From Clostridiales bacterium (GTDB lineage: Bacteria > Bacillota > Clostridia > Christensenellales > UBA1242), in NCBI GenBank assembly GCA_015069395.1, contig SVIR01000001.1, forward strand, positions 105,188 through 169,187: 64,000 bases of DNA. Reading direction: 5' to 3'. Below the pieces are notes generated by a model. The model was not told where the DNA came from and ran no database searches. It saw nothing but the letters and a program-made list of their open reading frames with translations. This document shows, one piece after another, positions 8,595 through 15,432 of the stretch; position 1 is the stretch's first letter; every line of letters starts with the position of its first letter. The translations under genes were made by a program, and so were the position numbers.

Positions 8595-9422
8595 TTGATG
8601 GAGCAAATTACTTTTACTGGAGATAATAAAAATCTTTTCTCAAGAAGGCTGATTGAAAATGTTGATGCAAAATTGAGCATTATTGTTCCTGAAACGCATA
8701 CTGCGATATTTATTAAAGATGGACAGATGCTTCAAACTCTTTCGTCTGGAAAATACAAAATCACTGAATTTGTTGATATAAAAACTGAAGCAAATTGTTC
8801 GCTTGAACTTTTGTTTATGTCAAAGACTGCAAAACTTAGACTTTTGTGGGGAACGGCGTCAAAAATCTTGGCGTTTGACAGACAATTGAAAGAGAATTAT
8901 CATATTGGCCTAAGTGGTGATTTTGAAGTTCAGATAGGTGATCCTAGAAAATGTTATTTATATCTTGTGGGGGCAGAACAAAACCTAACTGCTGATGGTT
9001 TGCAGGAAAGATTGATGTCCAAAGTGGTATCTGTTGTGGAGCAAGAAGTTTTGTCTTATATTGACACAAAGCAAATTTTGTTTAATCAAATTATACTTCA
9101 CAAAAAAGAAATGTCTGCGCAGGTACTAAACAAGCTTAGTCAAAAACTTATGAATGAATACGGAATCACTGTTTTTTCTTTCAATATTGCAAATATTATT
9201 ATTGACGAAGAAGACTTGCAAAATATGACAACTTCTTATAAAGGAGGATCGACACAAGTTTGTAAGTCGTGTCAAACGGCCCTTGCGCCAAATTCTAAAT
9301 TTTGCCACAATTGTGGAAAGAAAGTGTCACAATCAAAGCTCTGTCCAAAGTGCAAGTCTGAAAATGTAGACGACTCCAAATTTTGCACGAGCTGTGGAAG
9401 TAGTTTTGTAGAGGAGGAATGA
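8595..9422 (+). CDS. SPFH/Band-7 (YdjI/virion-core-like) protein with C-terminal double zinc ribbon
   Basis: IIVPETHTAIFIKDGQ..LSSGKY, LLWGT, G.FEVQI.DP and L.NEYGITV.SFNIANI, followed by CKSC..NSKFCHNCG..CPKC..DSKFCTSCG. The start may be the ATG at 8598. Confidence 0.88.
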   Translation: MMEQITFTGDNKNLFSRRLIENVDAKLSIIVPETHTAIFIKDGQMLQTLSSGKYKITEFVDIKTEANCSLELLFMSKTAKLRLLWGTASKILAFDRQLKENYHIGLSGDFEVQIGDPRKCYLYLVGAEQNLTADGLQERLMSKVVSVVEQEVLSYIDTKQILFNQIILHKKEMSAQVLNKLSQKLMNEYGITVFSFNIANIIIDEEDLQNMTTSYKGGSTQVCKSCQTALAPNSKFCHNCGKKVSQSKLCPKCKSENVDDSKFCTSCGSSFVEEE

Positions 9423-9832
9423 TGTTAGTTGCGCTGATAATAATTTTGGTTGCTATTGTTGGTTTTGCAGTTTTTTATATCTGCAAAGAATACATAAAGA
9501 GACCAAAGAAAAAAGATCAAGAAGGATCACGAGCAATTTTAAAAAACAAAAAATTTATTGAAAATATGGTGGCAAACGTTGAAAGTGTTTTGGTTTATGC
9601 AGACGGCAATGACGCTCTTTGTCATAGATTGGTACAGCTGAAAGACGATATCAAATTTTTCAACCCTTCAAAAAAAGAACAAGTCTTGACAGTAGATTCA
9701 AAAATTGCAAACAAACTTGACGATTTGAAAATTGTGGTAGCAAAAGACAACACTCAAGACACATGCTTTAGACTTTTGGAAGAGGTAGAGGCTTATGTGG
9801 TTCAGAGAAAAAAGGAAGAACAGTCGCTATGA
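9419..9832 (+). CDS. single-pass membrane protein with cytoplasmic helical bundle
   Basis: N-terminal TM helix followed by a basic stretch. ATGA overlap with the upstream gene. Confidence 0.8.
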   Translation: MMLVALIIILVAIVGFAVFYICKEYIKRPKKKDQEGSRAILKNKKFIENMVANVESVLVYADGNDALCHRLVQLKDDIKFFNPSKKEQVLTVDSKIANKLDDLKIVVAKDNTQDTCFRLLEEVEAYVVQRKKEEQSL

Positions 9833-10188
9833 GAAGAAAGTTGTTTGTTTCAGAAGGTTTAGAAGATGCTTTGAAAGACAGGGTTCAAAAAGAATTGAAG
9901 TTGGGATACATAAATTTAGAGGACTCAATGTTTGAACAAGCAAAACAAAATTTTGAAATTGTTTTAGAATATGATAGCGATTGCGCAGATGCTTATTGGG
10001 GATTGATGTTGGTAAAATATCAAATATCAAATGAAAAGCAATTGAGATCCGAACCACTAAAGTATAAAACAGTCCCATATATGCCTGAGTGCCAAAAGGC
10101 TTTAGAATTGGCATCGGATCAACAAAAACGACAATACAAAGACTTGTTGGAAACAATATATCAAATTAATCAGGGCGACAATTATTAG
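9829..10188 (+). CDS. small TPR-like protein
   Basis: LKLGYINLEDSMFEQAKQNFEIVLEYDSDCADAYWGLML is a TPR pattern. ATGA overlap with the upstream gene. Confidence 0.8.
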   Translation: MRRKLFVSEGLEDALKDRVQKELKLGYINLEDSMFEQAKQNFEIVLEYDSDCADAYWGLMLVKYQISNEKQLRSEPLKYKTVPYMPECQKALELASDQQKRQYKDLLETIYQINQGDNY

Positions 10189-10202
10189 AAAGGAGAAAGA
10201 AT

Positions 10203-10802
10203 ATGTGGCCATTCAAGAAAAACAAATTTAAAAACTTAAAGAGAGAGGATTTGGTAAATTCAATTTGCGAACTAGAAAGACAAGAAAGAACGGCAGAAGC
10301 TGAGGTTTACCAAAAGATAAAAGAGATTGACGCCTTGATGGATAAAGGTAGAAAAGAGAAAAATAAAGACTTGCAACTCTTTTATGCAAAGAAGATAGCG
10401 CATCTAAATGAAGAAAAACAGTCATGTATGCAGAGAGGAATGTATTTGCTTTATAATATTAGACTTATGAACAAACTCAAAGATGCTTATGATAGCAACA
10501 CATTCTTTAAGACTCAAACAAAAGTTCCTTTAAGCGAGCTTTTAATGGATCAGAAAGGATTGGCAAGATTTTTGAATGCGGCTTTGGAAACACGTATAGC
10601 TTCAGAAGATGTTCTTACCAGTGCAGACGAGCTTTTTGAAGAGGTTCAATCAGCCTATGATATAAGTGAACCTATTTATGGAATGGGAAAAAACGAGGAA
10701 GAACTTTTGACAATATTCGAAAAAGAAAAACAGCTTGACGAAGAAGAGCTGCTTGAACAAAGTAATGAAAACAAAAACAAAAAAGCAAAATTGGAGGAAT
10801 AA
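10203..10802 (+). CDS. ESCRT-III (Snf7-like) coiled-coil protein A
   Basis: About 200 aa. Aromatic/basic N-terminal MWPFKK, long helical hairpin, basic N-half and acidic C-tail. Adjacent to a second such protein and a Vps4-like ATPase. GAAAGGAG SD. Confidence 0.6.
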   Translation: MWPFKKNKFKNLKREDLVNSICELERQERTAEAEVYQKIKEIDALMDKGRKEKNKDLQLFYAKKIAHLNEEKQSCMQRGMYLLYNIRLMNKLKDAYDSNTFFKTQTKVPLSELLMDQKGLARFLNAALETRIASEDVLTSADELFEEVQSAYDISEPIYGMGKNEEELLTIFEKEKQLDEEELLEQSNENKNKKAKLEE

Positions 10803-10805
10803 AAA

Positions 10806-11408
10806 ATGGGATTGTTTAAATCAAAGCAACAAAAAGAAATTGAAAAGAAAATGTTGATTAAAAGAACTATCAACACAATGAACAAGCAGATAAATCGACT
10901 TGAAGAGCAAAAAAGAGTTTTTGTGGAAGCTGCAAAAAAGGCGAAAATGAAAGACTTAGACAGTCAATTCAATCTGGCTTTAAGTGGGTATAAAATGACA
11001 GTTCAGCAACAAAAAAGAGCTCAAGAAATGTTGTTAAACTTTGAAATCACTGCTCAAATGAAAGATGTTACTATGATGACCAGCGAATTTTTGAGAGGAA
11101 TGAGTGCAATAAGCAAAGAAATGACAAAGCTTGCTGATGCAAAAGAGTTTGCAAAAATTCAAGCTCAATTTGAAGAGGCTATGGCTGCTGTAGAAACTCA
11201 AACGGATCAAATGGACAACTTTATGGAAATGAGTCAAGAAACATTTTACAACCAAGGTATTGACAAAAGCGGAAAACAAATGTCAGACGAAGAACTTGAA
11301 AAGTATGTTATGGAACAAGTTGAGCAAGACCAACTTTCAAGTGATGCGATAGATAAAGAGATGGAAGATCTTAGAAAAAAGATTGAGGCAGAAACTGACC
11401 AAAAATAA
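10806..11408 (+). CDS. ESCRT-III (Vps2/Did2/Snf7-like) coiled-coil protein B
   Basis: MGLFKSK helix-0, Met-rich alpha1-alpha2 hairpin, KIQAQFEEAM..VETQTDQMDNFM (Vps2/Did2-like alpha4), SDEELEKYV alpha5 and C-terminal IDKEMEDLRK. Confidence 0.75.
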   Translation: MGLFKSKQQKEIEKKMLIKRTINTMNKQINRLEEQKRVFVEAAKKAKMKDLDSQFNLALSGYKMTVQQQKRAQEMLLNFEITAQMKDVTMMTSEFLRGMSAISKEMTKLADAKEFAKIQAQFEEAMAAVETQTDQMDNFMEMSQETFYNQGIDKSGKQMSDEELEKYVMEQVEQDQLSSDAIDKEMEDLRKKIEAETDQK

Positions 11409-11423
11409 CAACTGAGGTGGTTT

Positions 11424-12539
11424 GTGGGAGAAGAAAGTATCAATGTTTTGTCAAGTATGTATGACCTTTATATGAAAAAAGGTAAAGAGGCAAAAGAAAA
11501 GGGGAATGTTGCTTTAGCCAAGAGAAACTTTTTGCTTGCCAGCGAAACTATGATGAAAATGGCAAAACAAAGTAAAGGACAATTAAAAGAAGTCAGAATG
11601 GATAGGGCGAGACGTCTTGTTGAGATTTCTGATAGTATGAAAAAACAAAAAGTTGACAAGTCGGGAGAAGAGGAAGAAACAAAGCAGTGGAAAACTGCAA
11701 AAATACCAAACATTAAGTTTGACGATGTTGCAGGGCTTGAAGATGTAAAAAGAGCTATTACTATAAAAATGATAAATCCTATCAAGCATCCCGACAAGTA
11801 CAAACTTTATGGAAAAAAGACCGGAGGTGGGGTCTTGTTGTATGGGCCTCCAGGAACAGGAAAAACTATGATTGCAAAAGCAATCGCAAACGAAGTTGGT
11901 GCAAAGTTTTATGCTGTTAAAGGGTCAGATATCGTTAGCAAATGGGTTGGCGATAGTGAAAAAAACATCAACTCTCTCTTTGAAGAGGCAAATAAACAAG
12001 ATCGAGCCATTATCTTTATTGACGAAATGGACAGCTTAATTGGCAGAAGAGGCCTTGATGTTCATAATGATAAAAGAGTAAACGAATTTCTGCAACAAAT
12101 AGATGGATTTGCAGGCAGAAATCAAAACTTATTGCTTTTGGGGGCAACAAATCGTCCTTGGGATATTGATAGTGCAGCTTTACGTTCAGGTAGATTTTCT
12201 CAAAAAATATATTTGCCTTTGCCGGACGATAAAGCTAGAAAGTTTATGCTTGAGAAAAATATGAAAAATGTCCCAGTTGAGAAAGATTTTGATATAGATA
12301 AAATTGTCGAACAAACAGAAATGTTTAGTGGGGCAGATATTGAAGAATTATGCGAAAGAGCAAAGGAGGAGCCTTTGTTGAAGGCCATTGCTACCGACAA
12401 AGTAGTTTTGGTTGGAAATCGTGATTTTGACAAAGTTTTGGAGACAATGCCTCCAAGTGTTTCGCAAAAAGAGTTGAAACAATTTGAAGATTACAATCAA
12501 GAAATAAATAGTTTAATAAAAAAGACAACAAAAAAATAA
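11424..12539 (+). CDS. Vps4/CdvC-like single-ring AAA+ ATPase with MIT-like N-terminal domain
   Basis: PNIKFDDVAGLEDVK, Walker A GPPGTGKT, pore loop SKWVGDSEK, Walker B IFIDE, ATNRPWDID..RSGRF, KIYLPLPD and C-terminal PSVSQKELKQFEDY. About 70-aa three-helix N-domain. Confidence 0.85.
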   Translation: MGEESINVLSSMYDLYMKKGKEAKEKGNVALAKRNFLLASETMMKMAKQSKGQLKEVRMDRARRLVEISDSMKKQKVDKSGEEEETKQWKTAKIPNIKFDDVAGLEDVKRAITIKMINPIKHPDKYKLYGKKTGGGVLLYGPPGTGKTMIAKAIANEVGAKFYAVKGSDIVSKWVGDSEKNINSLFEEANKQDRAIIFIDEMDSLIGRRGLDVHNDKRVNEFLQQIDGFAGRNQNLLLLGATNRPWDIDSAALRSGRFSQKIYLPLPDDKARKFMLEKNMKNVPVEKDFDIDKIVEQTEMFSGADIEELCERAKEEPLLKAIATDKVVLVGNRDFDKVLETMPPSVSQKELKQFEDYNQEINSLIKKTTKK

Positions 12540-12543
12540 TGGG

Positions 12544-15270
12544 GTGTTTGTGAGAGAAAGAGCTTGTAAAAATTGTGGAGGAAAGCAATACAAAGTAGTT
12601 GGGCAAAATATGGTCAAATGCTTGTTTTGTGGAACTTTATATGTTGACGAGCACGCCTCAAAAGAAGAAGAGGTCTTGCTGGTTGGAGCTCATGAACTTT
12701 TGAGAGAACTTCAATTTTCAGATGCTGTTGAAGAGTTTGATAAAATTTTATCGTTATTTCCAATGTCTTTTGGTGGATATTATGGCAGGGCTCTTGCGAA
12801 AAACAAAATTGTTTTATACAATAACAAAAGAGGCACGTCAAAAACAGCTAGATTTTTTGGAAAAGAAATTCCAAATATTTCAGAAGATTTGGATTTTCAA
12901 AAAGCTATAGAACTTGCCCCTAGTGATGTGGCAAAAAATTATCGAGATTTAGCGAAAAAAATTGACAAAGATAGGCAAAAACTAGAGACGGCGTCCAGTG
13001 AATGCGAAGTGTTTTTGTTTAGTTTAAATACAGAAGATCCAGCCGTAGACAAAGTATTAGAGCAATTCAAGAAAAAAGAATTGAAGATGTTTTGTCAAAA
13101 GGGAGCTTTAGGAAAAGAAGGAGAAGCAGAGATTTATAAAGCTCTTCAATCTTGCAAAACTATGGTCTTTTTTGCAAATGAACAAGACGGATATTTTGAT
13201 GGAGATGTAAAAAATATTTTCGATAGATATCGTTATTTTATCTCTGAAAAACTTAAGGGCAGAAACAGTTTAATTGTGGTTCATGATTCTACGAAAATTC
13301 AGAAAAAACAACTTCCAAAAGAATTAACTTCTTGCAAAAATTTTATTGAAATGAATGAAATTTCTTTTTTGCAAGATGTTGTTTATAAAGCAGAAGAAGA
13401 GATAAAAAATTCAATTAGTGAAACAACAAAGATTGAAAAACGAATTCTAGATAAGGCGACGCCAAAAAGAAAAGAATATGTAGAAATCGAAAGTGTAACT
13501 CCAAGTGAGCTTGGCAATTTTGAAATTGAAAATTTGCAAGCGAGTGAAATAAACAAAATCAAATGGATTTTTATAGCGCTAAAGCATGGTGACTTCAAGA
13601 CGGCTCAGGGGCTTATTAATAAAGAACTTGAAAACGACAACAATAATGCCGAATTACTGTTTGCCAGCCTTATGTGTGAACGAAACATAAGGACCCAAGA
13701 AGAGTTTTTTCAGAATATAAACAATTTTAAAAACAAAGAAATGATAGACAAAATCTTGACTTTTGCCAACAAAGACTTTGCAGAATTTTTTGTTGATAGA
13801 TGGGAAGAGCTTTTGATAAGTTTGGACCACGAAGATTTTTATAATAGATTTCTTTTATACTTAGCAAAATTTAATTCTCCAAACAGAGAAAAATTTGTTA
13901 GGAGCGCTGAGAACAAGGCTCTTGAAACTCTTAATGAAGAATTAATAGAAAAAGTTTTGCAATGTTTTGGACAAACGGAAATAGAAAGGTTTATAGGCTT
14001 CTATTTTGCCTTGGCTCAGAAAACGGACGACAGCAACTATTATCAAAAGATTTTAGATTTAGACCAAGGACATGAAGAGAGTCAGATTTATTTGTTTCTT
14101 GAAAATCTTAGAACTGTTGAAGATAAATTAAATTTTAGAGATGGAAAAACTGTTGAAAGCACCTTTGCTTATTTGGACGAAGAGAGTAGAGATTCTTTGA
14201 TTAAAAGGGTTGTTGATCTGATTTTGCCAGTCGCTTTTTATGACATCAAAAAAGCGTTAGAACAACTGGACTTTTATTTGTCATATATGGCAAAAGACGA
14301 AGTTCTTAAAGATACATTGGTAGAAATTGCAAATCGTTTTTCAGATATGGGGTTTTTCAAACAGGCTGAAAAATATTTGGTAATGGCCATTTCAAAAGAC
14401 AAGGAAAATGCAAATCTTTATTGGAACCTGCTCAAAGCAAAGATGCATTGCAAAACAGATGGGCAAGTTGTTACTTCAAATGTAAAAGTTTCACAATTGC
14501 CAGAATGGGAGACTTTGCTTTCTGTTGCTTCAACTCAAGAAGTAGAGAAATATGCCGAAATATTGAGCAGGGCCAATCTGTATAGTGGAGAGCGTAGGGG
14601 TATAGCTTTTGAAACGTTGGACAAATTGGAGATTCTTGAAAAGATAGATTCTTTTGTGAGAAGAAACAATGCTGTTCTACTTGAAGCAGAAAAAGAAGGC
14701 GGAAACCTAAAGAGTATAAATTATTATAAAACACAAATGAAACCTTTTGAGCTGTATTTAGGCAAAATTAGAGCTGTTGACAATTTCGAAGAATATGTAG
14801 AAATCGTTGGAAGGCTTTTCGAGCGTTTAGATGCTTTGGACTTAACTTTGGACACGTCAGTGAGAATGGCTGATTTGGTAATTAGGGAAGAGTCTTTAGA
14901 AGCTGTTACGAAAACGGAAGAACTTCAAGGGGCTGAATATGAAAAGACAAAGAAATCAATAAAAAACGATGTTTTTTTACGTAGGTTTATTCTTATCTTT
15001 TTGCAGATAATTCCGTTGTGTTTTATGACATTGGTTTATGCTTTTGTTTTGTGGGATTCTGTAGAGTTGCTTAAATATTTTAATGTGACTTTTCTTATTT
15101 TTGCAGCGATTTATTCTGCAATAGTTGCAATAATAAATATGCTGTGTTTAAGGTTTAGAAAAAACCTAAGGAAATCTACCAAAGTTACATACATAATTTT
15201 GTTGGTGTTGGCAATAATTAATTTGGTGTTATGTTTTATAGAATTTTATATTTATCCTCAAATAGCTTAA
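12544..15270 (+). CDS. Zn-ribbon + TPR + degenerate TIR-like + helical repeats + 3 C-terminal TM helices
   Basis: CKNCGG...CLFCGT, TPR-like segments, a TIR-like block (EVFLF...EIYKALQSCKTMVFF...VKNIFDRY) and three hydrophobic helices at the C-terminus. Confidence 0.75.
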   Translation: MFVRERACKNCGGKQYKVVGQNMVKCLFCGTLYVDEHASKEEEVLLVGAHELLRELQFSDAVEEFDKILSLFPMSFGGYYGRALAKNKIVLYNNKRGTSKTARFFGKEIPNISEDLDFQKAIELAPSDVAKNYRDLAKKIDKDRQKLETASSECEVFLFSLNTEDPAVDKVLEQFKKKELKMFCQKGALGKEGEAEIYKALQSCKTMVFFANEQDGYFDGDVKNIFDRYRYFISEKLKGRNSLIVVHDSTKIQKKQLPKELTSCKNFIEMNEISFLQDVVYKAEEEIKNSISETTKIEKRILDKATPKRKEYVEIESVTPSELGNFEIENLQASEINKIKWIFIALKHGDFKTAQGLINKELENDNNNAELLFASLMCERNIRTQEEFFQNINNFKNKEMIDKILTFANKDFAEFFVDRWEELLISLDHEDFYNRFLLYLAKFNSPNREKFVRSAENKALETLNEELIEKVLQCFGQTEIERFIGFYFALAQKTDDSNYYQKILDLDQGHEESQIYLFLENLRTVEDKLNFRDGKTVESTFAYLDEESRDSLIKRVVDLILPVAFYDIKKALEQLDFYLSYMAKDEVLKDTLVEIANRFSDMGFFKQAEKYLVMAISKDKENANLYWNLLKAKMHCKTDGQVVTSNVKVSQLPEWETLLSVASTQEVEKYAEILSRANLYSGERRGIAFETLDKLEILEKIDSFVRRNNAVLLEAEKEGGNLKSINYYKTQMKPFELYLGKIRAVDNFEEYVEIVGRLFERLDALDLTLDTSVRMADLVIREESLEAVTKTEELQGAEYEKTKKSIKNDVFLRRFILIFLQIIPLCFMTLVYAFVLWDSVELLKYFNVTFLIFAAIYSAIVAIINMLCLRFRKNLRKSTKVTYIILLVLAIINLVLCFIEFYIYPQIA

Positions 15271-15299
15271 AATCAGGGGCTATCGCCTTTGATTTTTTT
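15269..15299 (+). terminator. intrinsic terminator closing the ESCRT-like operon
   Basis: aaaatcaggggc-tatc-gcctttgatttttt (with G:U pairs). Confidence 0.7.
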
Positions 15300-15432
15300 A
15301 GTTTATTTGTGCCATTTGTCGATAAGTTTAAAAGGAGTCATAAAACCCCGAAAGAGATAAAAAATAATTTGACTTAAATGGCGAAAATGATATAAAATTA
15401 TCAAGCTGAAATAAAAAAAACAGGAGAAAGGT

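Noticed and set aside
10203-11408. Plain PspA/IM30 annotation
   Set aside because: The typical PspA N-terminal pattern (R......N...D..EDP) is missing and the features resemble Snf7/Vps2 more. A profile search is still needed to settle it.
11424-12539. Annotation as FtsH, Cdc48 or proteasome ATPase
   Set aside because: There is no TM or HExxH protease domain, only one AAA module and no OB/coiled-coil N-domain. The pore loop, C-terminal helix and gene context fit a Vps4-like protein better.
6970-15299. Genomic island integrated at tRNA-Ala carrying the ESCRT-like operon
   Set aside because: There is no integrase, no duplicated tRNA 3' end and no obvious compositional shift. The operon also lies on the 5' side of the tRNA.
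15300-15432. ZTP (pfl) riboswitch or other leader upstream of pflB
   Set aside because: I recognised no conserved aptamer, and a promoter-like TTGACT...TAAAAT lies close to the start codon, leaving a short leader.
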